Part shown: positions 37,490 through 49,829 of the stretch, piece after piece
Layout of the letters: each line of letters begins with the position of its first letter
Numbering within the stretch: position 1 is the first letter of the stretch
Assembly: GCA_024704765.1 (NCBI GenBank)
Contig: JAKMXF010000332.1
Coordinates: 540,018-604,017, forward strand
Direction: 5' to 3'
Source of the DNA: Oopsacas minuta
Lineage: Eukaryota; Animalia; Porifera
DNA length: 64,000 nucleotides
The notes under the pieces: model-generated
The model's database searches: none
Told to the model about the DNA's origin: nothing
What the model saw: only the letters and a program-made list of their open reading frames with translations
Translations under genes and position numbers: made by a program

Positions 37490-38866
37490 CAGTCTGTTTC
37501 AAAAGTATTGGCAGTAAATTATAATATTAATATTTCAGAAATTGGAACAAATAGCAAATAGATAATGATACTACGAAATTCTACGGGTAAGATATATCTG
37601 TAAACAAAATTTCAGTAATTAATCTTCTCCCCTCTCGAATTTATGCACATATTTACACTGTTAGGCATAGATAATATAAAATTTTTCAGGAAATCGGGGG
37701 TAAAAGTCTCCCATTCGTAAATTATAGCTACTTCTAAATCAGCCAAGTTATTGAGAGATCTCTTTGACAACCTCTGCTTTAGGACTCCCCAGATGTTTTC
37801 AATTGGATTTAAGTCCGGAGAATAGGCAGGCCAATCCAATACTAGAATATTTTCACTATCTTTCCACTCTTTGCTGAGCTTAGATTTATGAATTGGGGAA
37901 TTGTCTTCCTGCAGAATCCATCCCTCAGGATAGTAAACATCAGCTGTTCTGATTAAACACTCATTCAGAGTATCAATATACAATTTGGAGACAAAATTAG
38001 AAGTAAATATCTTCAATATTGTGGTTCCCATGGAAGAAATCCCTCCCCAAATGTGTAATTTTGGTGTGTGCCGTTGAACCTTCAGAATAGGATTTTCTTT
38101 TGCTCTAGTCCACATGCCAACACTTCCCCGATTTAACCAAATAGAACATTCGTCTGTGAAGAATACATTCTCCCAACAATAATTCACATGATCTTTACAC
38201 CATTCAACTCTGTTTTTAGCTATTAATGGGGTAATGAATGGTCCCATAACAGGTTGTTTAAAGTTAAATCCACAAGCACGAGTTGCCCGGTAGACTGTTG
38301 AAGTTGACGGAGCATCGGTGTACTTGGAAGAGAGATTCGCGTGTACAGAACGTATAGAGATCTTAGAATGAGAATTTAACGTTCGTATAATTGATTGTTT
38401 GTGTGAATATGTGATAGCCTTGGGACGCCCACTAACACTTTTATGTGTTATGCTTTTACCTTCACGAAGTATAGATTTTATACGAAAAATTGTCCTCAAT
38501 GGTATCCCTGTTTTAGCAGAGATTTCCTTCGCTGAAGTAATACCTGCATCAATAAATATTTTGATTTTCTTCCTCTGTTCTAATTGCGACATTTAGCTAC
38601 AAATAGGGCTATAATATAATTTGTTTTATTAAATGAGATCAAATTGGCAGCTGTGGCGGTGGGAAATTTTATGCCTCAAAATTCCCCGTTTCAAATATCT
38701 GAATCGAGGTAAACATTAAGAAAGTCCATCATGATTAATGATAAACTTCATGATGACTATCTAAGTATGCAATATCGAAAAGATCAATAGATAATACAAT
38801 CACACAATTGAATAGGCTTAGGAAATATGAAATATGAACTACTGCCAATACTTTTGAAACAGACTG
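37490..38866 (-). mobile_element. Tc1-family (DD34E) transposon, apparently intact
   Basis: Perfect 27-bp TIR CAGTCTGTTTCAAAAGTATTGGCAGTA, TA flanks, 1377 bp. Confidence 0.95.
37612..38592 (-). CDS. DD34E Tc1 transposase, 326 aa
   Basis: FFTDEC, QEDNSPIH, SPDLNPIENIW; 34 residues between the second Asp and the Glu; no interruptions. Confidence 0.95.
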   Translation of the reverse strand: MSQLEQRKKIKIFIDAGITSAKEISAKTGIPLRTIFRIKSILREGKSITHKSVSGRPKAITYSHKQSIIRTLNSHSKISIRSVHANLSSKYTDAPSTSTVYRATRACGFNFKQPVMGPFITPLIAKNRVEWCKDHVNYCWENVFFTDECSIWLNRGSVGMWTRAKENPILKVQRHTPKLHIWGGISSMGTTILKIFTSNFVSKLYIDTLNECLIRTADVYYPEGWILQEDNSPIHKSKLSKEWKDSENILVLDWPAYSPDLNPIENIWGVLKQRLSKRSLNNLADLEVAIIYEWETFTPDFLKNFILSMPNSVNMCINSRGEKINY

Positions 38867-39314
38867 TATACGTGATATTAACTACAGATAACTTTGCTAA
38901 CCGAGTACGGGAAATAATTTCTTAATTCCCTCAAATTCCAACAAATGGCGGTCTTGTTCAAATGTGATACTTTTAAGCGGAGTCAATGTGCGCACCTTAT
39001 CTAAATATTCCAAATTTACATTACCAATATTCATGTTTAGCTTCCTAAATATTTCCCCTGATTAAGATCCCCTAGGCTTGTATCAATTTATGATAGTAAT
39101 ATGTTTTTGAACAAAGAATACTTTTACCATTTCGAGGTGTTCATTAGTCAGAGATGTTCACTAACAGAGGCTACTATGTAACCAAATTACCGTATTTATT
39201 TTCATATATTTCGTTGAGTATAATCATGTCAATGCAAAGATTGATGAGCGTTACATGACGTTACCAAGGCTAGTAGGTAGTAAAATACGTGGAGCATCCC
39301 CATTCTTGTAAGTA

Positions 39315-39516
39315 CAGCGAAACCTCCGTTAGTGAACACTTCCGATAAGTGAACACCAGTTATAAGAACATGTCTAATTTAAGCACGACTCCCAAGGCTG
39401 TTCTTATAAGCAAAACCACTGTACCATTATTTGGAATCTCTTGTTAGTAAACCTCAATACGTATAGGGGACAAAAACATGTTTCACGAAGGTGTTCACTA
39501 TAATGAGGTTGGACTG
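39315..39516. mobile_element. pogo/Tigger-like MITE (202 bp)
   Basis: CAGCGAAACCTCCGTTAGTGAACAC versus CAGTCCAACCTCATTATAGTGAACAC, TA flanks. Similar solo ends occur near 39155-39180 and 44670-44690. Confidence 0.55.
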
Positions 39517-40214
39517 TATATGAAATTATATTGGCAAAGCATACAGGCAGAATCCTAAATTTTGGGGATATTGCATAACGCAAGAATGAAAGATATCCAA
39601 ATAATATCTTTCTCAGTACATTATTTCATCACTCTTACACACTCTCTATTGTATATACATGTTGCAACTAAAATACTTAGTTCCCATTGATTAGAATATA
39701 ATATTCCTATTCAGCTAAGAGGTACATTCAAGTGACTCGGATAGTAAGTGCTAATTATTATTTCGCGAGGATACATCCTTGCTATTCCAGGTTGTTGTAT
39801 TGGACAAAAATAGCGTGCTTGTTTGCTACGTCGCAGTAATAAGATCGGCACTAGACTACTTGCCTCTAGTTCATAAAATTGAGCAAAACCTTTGAGAATA
39901 TTCTCCATCTTCCCTACAAAATAAATATTTTGAGCAGTTGTACTATATTCCTTGATAAATATCAAAATTTTGTACAATCATGATGACGTAGTAATTCCAT
40001 CCCAAGTTTCCATATGGCTAAAAATATGCCGTCGATACGCTTGGCACACTAAGGGCTGCATGTGATTTAGATTTCAACCATGTAGTATCTACGTACATTG
40101 GATGAGCAGTGTGCAATAAGGTGATTTTCGAAATTCGCAAAGTTGACAATTAAATCATAATTTTCCCATAAGTATGAATTCTTTTCTAAGACTCAAAGAT
40201 GTCTGACCCTGATA

Positions 40215-42770
40215 CAGGGCCGCATTAAGGGTCGTCTGGGCCCTGTTGCTGTCCAAACTTTAGGCCCCCCCATATGTCTTACATTTAACCAACCCCACAT
40301 TTTTCAGTATATATTAGTCCAAAATATATTAATCTTATATAAAACAGACACAACGAAAGAAACTTTCTACTTTTTGCGGCACTTATTCTTTGCGAATTCA
40401 TTTATCACATTGCTGAAATCAAGCTTGCGCAACATTTCGTGCCTAGGCTCATAAGGGTGAACATGACCAGACGTTATAGGCCCATGATCGATCGCAATTG
40501 GTTCTTGATTCGCGCCAGCTTTGAAAAGGAGCGCTCACCTTCACAGTTTGAAGTCATCATACAAAGGTAGATGCGAAACATTATGTAGACGTTCGGAACT
40601 GTCTGATCTTGGCATAGTTCTGTGAGTAAAATGAATAATAGCAGCTCGTGGCCAATTTTTACTTCTGTTTCGTTAGAAGCTAAGGCATGCTGACTCGCTC
40701 TGATTTAACAAAACCAACGAACTGAATTAGCTCAACTGCAACTTTGATATCACCACTTGAAGGGGTGTGTGGGTTACTAAGGAAGCTATAGTTGCTGCAG
40801 ATGGCTTCGTCCGCATTCAGCCGATGTTGCAGTGCGTCCATTGTGCTGTCCATGATAGAAATAAATCTCTCAACCCGAAAGTGTTCCTTGGACTCCAGGA
40901 CTGCTTTCTCTCCTCCTCCAAAGTCCAATTGAACATTCCGATTGCGCACATGCTTCATTTCTGCCGTATATTCTTCATGCCCAACTCGCTCTACCCCGCA
41001 AGCCTTAAAACGGTCTAACTGGTCACGAATCTGCTGTAAGAACTCGATCAATCCCTTCAACAAACCTACAATGAATTCAAAGTATTCCAGCCGTCTGCAG
41101 TATGACACTGATCTTTTTGAACTGCAACAGAAATTCAAACCAACTTTAGTTAACATGGCCATTTCAAGCTGGTCCATACGGTCCCGTAAACCTCGATCCT
41201 CTACCCATCCATTAGCGGTCTGATCAACATCGTTAGTTATTCGCAGAGTGCAGCGAAATAGCGTCATAGCCCTTGGCTTAAGCTACTGCAGCGTCGACTC
41301 GTGATGACCATCGAGAGTCGACAGTTTCTGGGCTACCAATCCTCCTTGGTCCAGTGCTTATTTGAGCACACGCCAACGGTGTGTTGATGCAGAGAAATAC
41401 ATTTACAGCTGATTCATGAAATCGAATTAGCTGACGGCACCAGTGCAACACTCTGCTGCACATGGGATAAAGGCTGCGAACTGACATTTTTCAAGAATGA
41501 TTGTTTGCATCCCGTTGTACTTTCCATCATAGTCGATGCATTGTCATAGGACTGCCTACGAGGTTTCTTAATGTCAATTGCATGTTGATCCAGAAACGTT
41601 AATAGCCTCGTTGCCAGTTCTAGTCCAGTATGCTTCACCAAAGGCATAAAGTGCACAAAGCGTTCGGCTGGGCCGGAAGGCAACACACATCGAATCACAC
41701 AAGCTGATCCAGGTTAGAAACGTCAGGCTTCGAGTTAACTGATACGGAGAAGTGACCAGTGCGGTTGATTTCACTCAGAATTTCATCCAAAGCACTTTTC
41801 CCATTATGGAGACAAATTCATTACATACAGTAGAAGACAAGTATGACTTATGGCGCGACTCTTGTTAGCATGTTTGCGAATATGCTCGAAGAGGATGCAT
41901 CGTATTCAGCTATCAATTCCAAACAGCCAAGATAGTTCCCATTGTTCGGAGAACCAATGGTTTGGTCCGAACCACGAAGTGCAAGGCAGCGCTCTGTGAT
42001 GAATCGAAATACACTGATAATTCGAGTGAGTCTAGCCAGCCAGTCTTCACATTCAGATTCTTATGCCTGAATTAATCTTTTATCAATCGGTCTGCTAACT
42101 TTTTTGCGAGCAGTTAAAGCTATAATCGATGAACGGTGGCTTTGGCCTTTCTCATGAGCAGCAATCTTTTCATCACCCTTTCTCCAGTTACTAAACCGCT
42201 AACAAATGGGCTATTAATTATCATGATCCGAATGACTGAACAACTTGCAAGAAAATCAAAATAAAATTTTATTTATATCGAGTAACACAGTCAAGAGCGT
42301 TGAATTTTAGCCCCGGTAAATTGTGAACAGGAGTAAATTATGAGGGCGAACAGCGGGTGTAAAGCTTTCCGTTCCAAAAACTGTACTGCTCGTATTGAAA
42401 TTGGCTTCTGCTTTTGGGTAATGGGAGCTGCCCCTTTCGGCCCAGTATTCGTGCATTGGTTCGTCTATCTTCTCCCAAAAACCAATATCATTGGGGTACT
42501 GATTTAAACCTGTGCAAAATTCAGCCTCCGCGACTGGAGCGCTTTCCTGAAGTCTTCAGGCAAAGGTTCCTCTATCATATCTATATACATGAACTCACTA
42601 ATTCCACTTTGTTCAGGTGACTGAGATTGAGATACACCTCGAGCACTAGATCAAGAAGGTGCGAATATCTTGTCCAACAAAGGCATCTTGGGAAACATCG
42701 CAGCTTGATGCTTTTTTGTCAGTAGCCACTTTCCGCTTTGCGGAACCATATGTACTCTTATGCGTTGACA
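40215..42770 (-). mobile_element. hAT transposon (ZMYM1/TTF-type), fragmented
   Basis: N-terminus MSTHKSTYGSAKRK (about 42770), GFSNWRKG..AHEKGQSH (about 42130-42200), ERFVHFMPL..TGLELA..QSYDNAS (41414-41698), CEGERSFSKLARIKNQLRS (about 40490-40550). TIR-like end CAGGGCCGCATTAAGGG at 40215. Confidence 0.75.
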
Positions 42771-42841
42771 TTCTGTTACTAGGCCACGAGTTATATTGCA
42801 AGTTGAGTGTTTAGTATGTTCCAATATTAATCATTCTTATA

Positions 42842-43986
42842 CAGGGTGGAAAAAATTACCGCCCTACTGATCTAATTTATATTATGAACTCACAATATTA
42901 TTGAAGTTTGATAATCACCATATTTTCATCAGTTATTTATTTCTTAAGTTTTGTTCTTTGATTTTGAATTATTGTTCTTGCTTAGGGAGCGTATTTTATT
43001 TATATTATTTATCAGATTTGTTTATTCAAATTTTAGCTGATAATCATGGTTAGGGAGACCAGTTGCAAAAATCGTCATAGCAAAATCTATTTCCAAGAGA
43101 TATCAATCAACACATAAATTAGCTAAGCGTTTACGCTCAAAGGGTTGTGCAGTTTCTCATACTACAGTATGTACGTATTTAAGGAGTACACTCAAAGTAA
43201 TTCCTTTCAAACCTCAAAAACAGCGGACCGCTCGCCTAAAGTTTTGTCGAGATCGAAAAACTTAGAAAGTAGAAGACTGGTGTCGAGTATTGTTTACAGA
43301 CGAATCACCCTTTGAGATGTATCCGCATCCTAATAGTCAAAATGATCGTGTTTGGACTTATGACCGATCTCTGCTTTTACCCTCTGAAAGAATAACACTT
43401 CCCTCAAAAATCCTTGTATGGGGTGTAATGTCGTTTAGAGCTGTATCAGAACTTCATTTCATCCCCAAAGGCCAAACAATCACAGCTGAATATTATGGAA
43501 ACGAGATATCAAATGGGTCATTGATGTCTAGTTTGTTCGCCAACCAGAACAGGGCAGTATTTTAACTGGGAAGTTGTTGCCAGACAAGTCACGGTGCATT
43601 TTCCAGCAGGATGATGCGCCGGCACATACTGCCAAAAAAGCACAAGAATGGTGCAATACCGACCTAATTGAGTTTTGGCATAAGAGTCAATGGCCAGGTA
43701 ACTTTCCTGATCTCAACCTGAAAGAAAATTTGTGGTCTATCCTGAAGCAAGAGATTGAACTGATGGACACTCCAACCCATATTTCAATGCTCGAAAAACA
43801 CATCAAGCAGGCGTGGTCTCAAATTTCACCAGAAATTTGGAGAATTTAGCATCCGGATGCCAAAAAGGATGAAATTATGTTTAAAACAAAAGGGTGGATA
43901 TATAGGAAAATAACCAGTATATTGTATTATAGTATTATCACATTATGATAGGAATAAAATTAGAGCATTCATTTCTTTCCACCATG
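42842..43986 (+). mobile_element. Tc1-like DD37E (TRT-type) element, decayed, with a deleted N-terminus
   Basis: LFTDESPF, QQDDAPAH, FPDLNLKENLW with 37-residue spacing. Left end TA-CAGGGTGGAAAAAAT; degenerate right end TTTCTTTCCACCATG-TA. Confidence 0.75.
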
Positions 43987-45129
43987 TAGTACATAATTGA
44001 CCAAACATTGTAGTTTGAACAACATTTCAGTATAATATTTAATAAAACAGCCCATTTAATCACAAGATACATTTGAACTCTTTATACAATAGTAGCCTAT
44101 AATTCACATTCTGAAGCCAATTAGAAACCAATTAATTACCCTAAAAACAAATAAGAAATTTTCAAAATTACTATCAAACTATTAATGACAAATATTAATC
44201 TAATGAAGTACCCATTGCCTCCTTAAAATCCTGATATTACTCCACTTGGGGTAATCACCCCTGTTGGGACCTCCTAGCTGGCATTGTATAATCAAGTATG
44301 TACACTTCATATCTTACTGTAACGGGCACTTTCTTTTCGCTCTTTGCGAATCTACGAGAGAGAAATTTCTGTAGGCCCTGCCCTGAACCTTATACCGCCA
44401 TATGCCAGAAGTATCTCTGGAGATCTTCATTTATTTTTGGTTGAATATACAGATTTGTAAGAAATTTCTTCTCAGGAACCCAAATATTTCAATTCCCCGA
44501 AACGATGAATACGTGATTTCCGAATTTATCACAAAATTATTCATTCAAGAAAATTTTATCATAAAAATTCCCACTTAAAGAGGTTATTTTCAATGGTTTG
44601 GGCATAATTATCTCGAAAATGTGCACCATTGCCCACTCCCCGCTTATGAAAGTCCCCATTTATGGAGACCCACTAACAGAGGTTGCACTGTTTATACGTA
44701 TCCACAGATTACTTGTTTTAATTGTGTAGATTACTGAGATAAGCCTTATTTAGAACAGTTTCAACCTTAATTTGCAGTTGGAAATTTCGCAGGTAATTTG
44801 CGACCAAGTCTTTACATAGAATCACGAATTGAATAAATGTTTTGATCTTTCCCATCTAGGAGTGAGAGGATGAATTCCCCACTGATTATCCTATTAGCTA
44901 ATTAATACTCTTATTCAGTCATGTGTCAGACTAATCTCCTAATTATTCGAACACTAACATATGAAATTAAACAAATTGTGAGTTCTCGGTTTTCCCTTAC
45001 TCTTGTTTACACAAGTTTTACTAGAATTCTACTTTGAGAAGTACAAGATATTGAGGCAAACTTATGTTATATTTTATGCAGGAAAATTCTGCTAATCACT
45101 TCGTACTTGAATTTATATTCTTTATATAG

Positions 45130-45390
45130 GTTGTTGAAGATGGTTATGAGTTTTACGCTAAGAGACAGCTTGTCACCCTCTTCTCAGCACCTAACTACTG
45201 TGGAGAGTTTGATAATGCTGGTGCTATGATGAGCGTAGATGATACACTCATGTGTTCATTCCAAATTTTGAAGCCCGCAGATAAAAAAAAATTGATAGGG
45301 TACCAAGGATTCCAAGGTCGTCCTACAACACCTCCAAGCAAAGGAATTGGAAGAGGTAGTCTTCATTCCACAAATCAAAAGAAAAAGTAA
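45130..45390 (+). CDS. PPP1C: PP1 catalytic subunit, exon 3 (codons 251-336 plus stop)
   Basis: Manual translation [86 protein letters not shown]; contains the SAPNYC loop. Not in the ORF track. Confidence 0.96.
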   Translation, partial: VVEDGYEFYAKRQLVTLFSAPNYCGEFDNAGAMMSVDDTLMCSFQILKPADKKKLIGYQGFQGRPTTPPSKGIGRGSLHSTNQKKK

Positions 45391-45495
45391 CAAGCTATTT
45401 TTTGCAATATACTATCCATGCACGCAGAGCTTTTTGGAGAATTAGCTTTGTTTGTATTGTGAATATCACTTTATCAGTTATTTTATCTCTTATCT

Positions 45496-45501
45496 AATAA
45501 A
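45496..45501 (+). promoter_or_regulatory. Candidate PP1 polyadenylation signal
   Basis: AATAAA 105 bp after the PP1 stop; weak evidence in AT-rich DNA. Confidence 0.3.
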
Positions 45502-45859
45502 ATAATAATCTAATATATTAAAACTCTATGATTTTTCCGAATTGATTAAGGAACTGGTAAGAGAATTGAAATTTTGGTACGGGGGTGGGGAATGACTTTT
45601 CCTGAAACATTTAAATATATAATGAAAATAATCTCACCTTCTCACATTGTTCATATTTGTACATACATATGGGAAATAATACAGAAAAATTCATTATTTG
45701 TTGTGGTTTATGTCCATAAAGATAACAAATTTCTAATAAATCATAGAATTATACTACCAAAGGCTATATATTCTAGGATAGTCTGCATACAGATTATCAG
45801 TGTAGCAGGCAATTCTTATGGGCTATGACATTCATTTGTATATTATCCAATCTACTGAG

Positions 45860-46880
45860 GTTTGAATGTACAACTGTCAATCCTTGTAATTGCTTAATAT
45901 CTGCTTTCGTATTGAATCCTGTACATACTTCAAACATTTTATATTGCAGTATATATTCAGACATTTTTGCCCGATGCCTCGAAAAATACACGTGACCAGA
46001 AATGCGACATTCGTTTGCTGGACAACGTTTAGAGGAAAAATCCCCCGGTTTAACGACAGTAATGCATAACACAATTATCGGCCCTTTACTCAAAGAGTCA
46101 GCATTGTCTTCCATCCATTTCCTCTCTACACATCCTTGATGTTGTGGATGCCTTGGCTTTCAGTTGATGACAACTAGACCCTTCCATATAATTACCAATT
46201 CTTTTATCACCATCGCAACGAATTGTATTATTAACCATTATCGGACCGTAATATCTTAGGAGCTCCAAATAGGTATAATGTATCTACCAACTTATCTGCA
46301 TCTTCGGGAGTACGCTTAGATTTGAGGAGGGTATGCCCAACCAAACTTACTAAAATGGCCACGCAGATGAAGTATCCATTTAAAAGTTTGATCTGCACGG
46401 CTCGTTATGTCTATTATGTCAATTTTACTCTGCGGAGGAATCCAAGTGAAATGACTGGCTCCCACAAGGTCGGTTCTTTAGGAGTTTTCTAAGAGAACAT
46501 TAGCTGGAGGTCTTTAAAAACAGAAATATAGTATCATAACGAATCCAAGACTAATTCACTTGTACTCCACTCCGAGTCTTCTCACGCCCTGAACACGTTC
46601 ATGACATGTTTTAAGATTCTGAAAAATCGTTTCCTTTTCGAGATGTCTTCATGCAATACAAAAACTGTAGATATCAGTACAATAATTAGAGTTTTAATTA
46701 CCTTACTAGAAATTAAAATAATTTAATTACCTGTTTATTTCCAATTCTTGCGATTTTGAAGTTCTTGTGACTCCAGAATTTAAAGTTATCACCATCAGAA
46801 CACTACTCTCCTTTATGTATCTTTACTGCTGCCATAGCTTTATCATATTTTCTTGATTGAATGTAAATGTTTTTGCCACT
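45860..46880 (-). mobile_element. Decayed rve-type integrase of KRBA2/SCAND3 type (Ginger-like DNA transposon), with an intron
   Basis: KIDIIDITSRADQTFKWILHLRGHFSKFGWAYP, FGAPKILRSDNG, VIKELVIIWKGLVVIN*KPRHPQHQGCVER. A 66-bp GT-AG phase-0 intron at 46665-46730 joins ..GNKQ|FLYCMK. No RT or RNase H nearby. Confidence 0.7.
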
Positions 46881-47440
46881 AATTATCTAGTTTTTCTATA
46901 TGTTCCTCCAACAATAAGCTAAATTAATAATCCTGATCAAGTAACATTTGGAATATTTGTGATAGTACCAATATATAGGTGTTTATATCAATCGAACTTT
47001 ACCTTGTTCAATCATATACACAACAAGATCTTCTTTGCATTTCAAAACAGTGTCAAAATATTACTAATAGTTTCACTATTAAATATACCTGGTGATAATA
47101 TGCTATTACTACCTAAATCCAGTATAATTCGAAAAAGTACCATAGAAAAGTATTAAGTAAATAACTGCACTAAATCAGTAAGTTTAATTTATAAACTTTG
47201 CATTACGTTCTCGCCCCCAAATATGTTCCACGGACATCTTGTTGAAATTCATAAGTATTTCATCTGAGAACGATATTTTGGAGCAATTCCTACTGCATGG
47301 AAGTCACTTTTAGATTTGATTTTTGTTAATTAAATTAATTTAATAATAATATAATAGGAAATTTGAAATTCTATCGGTAACTTGAGGTAAATTCCAATTG
47401 GAAATTCTCCCGTGTGCAAATTTTAAGTTCACCCATGATA

Positions 47441-47474
47441 TACATACATACATACATACATACATACATACATA
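47441..47474. repeat. (TACA)8 microsatellite
   Basis: Direct reading. Confidence 0.95.
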
Positions 47475-49233
47475 ACACCGGGTATTTACTGGGTACTATG
47501 TGGTGAATAATGTTTGCGGAAATATGTAATTTGTATTATACATGGTTCATCAAAATTCCATTTAACGGCTTTCTGTAGAGCTGCAACGTGGCTTTTGGGT
47601 AATAATCTCGGCTCTTGCCTCGGGTATTAAGAAATTATGAAATATTTCAAATTTCGAAAATTTAGATTTTTTAAACAGCCATTAGGACGAAATAATCACA
47701 TTATTAGTTAGCTTTTGTTAGAATCACACGTCAGGAATTTGTCACATTGAGTGCTACCTGTGGTTCTAATTTCAAAATTATATCATGTATATTAGCTGAG
47801 CAGTGGTAAATCATGTGTAAGTGCTCATAACTACTTCATACAAATGTACAGGGCAAGCCAAAAAGTGTTTCGTCAATTACTTGACCGGTTCCACTGGCCT
47901 TGGCTATAGATACCATTTCTTAAAAGTGCTCAAAAATCAATTATTGAATAAATAGTATCTATTATATGGAGTTTTCAATAACAACAATGTGCTTTTTCTA
48001 TAAATTTACAAAATTATTTAGTTTGATGTCGTAATGATATCCCAACCAGAATTGACTGAAACGTTGATCTATAGTGCAAATTCAAATTTTAGCCCGAACG
48101 TTATTGATGGATCCATTTCAGATCATCCAGCAATTTCACCCACATCCTCAGATTTGATTAAAAATTGCATTGTTGGTTGCTAATATCCAGTCAACATTTA
48201 TTAACAAATTTCAAATCATTTCAGCAGTGGTTTCTAGGTTATGACGTCACAAAATATTGAATTTTCTGAGTTTAACAGTTTAACCCCTCAGCAGATTTTT
48301 ATTTCCCCGTGTACCGTACTAATTGTGGACAGGAACACCCAAGATATAATTTTCTAATCAAGTAAACGTATCCATTAGTATACATATTTGTATTTCATAA
48401 GGATTAACAAGTTTCAAATTTTTGCTTTGATTGTCAACGATTTATATAAATAATTTGATTCCCACTATCGCTTGCTTGATTAATCTCATGACTAACTTAG
48501 TTAATCAATTCTAATAACATTTCTAGCTAGTTAATCATATTTTTCATGCCTGAAACTCATCAAGACTTACGTGTGCGTGTATGTTGTAATTGTTGGAGGA
48601 ATGGTGATCAGAAAGATATCTTTCGAGGTATAAAAATTCAAACATATGCAACTCTCAATTGCAACTTCTGTGATTTATCATTCCCAATTTGATTGTGTGG
48701 CAGTTGCCATATACAACTATCAGCCAGTCTATAGATAATAGGAAAAAGATCCCAATCTCAATTCAAGGCAAAGTTACTTCTTCTTTACAGGTTATCTTCG
48801 CTATCCAAAATTTTGTTGTTGTCACATATGCTATTTCGGAAGAATATATAGTTTGAAAACAAAAGCTGGAATGCCCCTTCCTCACAAATTCAAATTGCCA
48901 GAATAGGAACAGCTGATACAAGTATCAGAAACTAGGCAGAATTTCTAATTGGATGTACATGGTCCAATAGCAACTTAATCTAATGTCGGAATATGAATTG
49001 GTACGATCACTGACACTCTGAGGAACACTTGGGATTTTGTATAGGACTATTCATGGCATAACGATATGGTACTATTTCATTTGTCTATATTAGTGCTCCA
49101 TGGAATTACCCACAACTCTGATATCGTCTATATGTTACAGCCTTACAGGGATAAATATGCGGAGCAGCTCAGTGTAGCAATTGAGTGTATGTCTTAAACA
49201 AGTCGAATCGAGTCATACTTAATTCTTTAATTA

Positions 49234-49590
49234 CTAGCGCGCTTCGCTTGCTCCCGCTACGCGGTTGCGAACACTTCGTGTCCACAATCGGGCCTACAGC
49301 CCACGAGTACATAAACTTATAATCTTAACCGCAGCAAACATGATACTGCTCTTTAAATCTGATCACTTTATGTCCCCAAAAAGTGAACAATATTTATAAA
49401 ATGTTGTTTAGATTATCATATCCGAATCAGCATATTCGATTGCCAGTACAATGTTGTTTCCTTGTCGCTATTTAGTGTAACGTTTGGTTCCGGACTTTAT
49501 GAACTGAACCTATATGTTTTCCATATGGGAGCGAGATAGGCACACAGGCACACAGACAGTCATACACAAACTGAGATTTAATAATATAGA
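49234..49590 (-). mobile_element. Non-autonomous Helitron-like element
   Basis: Minus strand starts TCTATATTATTAAATCTCAG plus a TG-rich microsatellite and ends with GC-rich ...GCGAAGCGCGCTAG|T. Confidence 0.55.
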
Positions 49591-49829
49591 CTAGGCCGTG
49601 GCTAATATTGACTGGTAATTTACTTAGCCTGCATTATCGGACGCTCTTCTATAGTTTAATCAAGACAAACTGTACATTACATGCCGCTGGAATATTAACA
49701 ATACATACTAGTAGATAACATAGATAAAACATGATATAAATACATAGATTGAGTTCGAGTTATTAGAGGATTTTATCAGGTAGCTACCACATCTTGACAA
49801 CTGTCCTTTGTCCTTGGTAGCTGAATTGG

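Noticed and set aside
44370-44404. Candidate second TIR of the hAT starting at 40215
   Set aside because: Only loose similarity to CAGGGCCGCATTAAGGG, and the 8-bp flanks do not match as a TSD.
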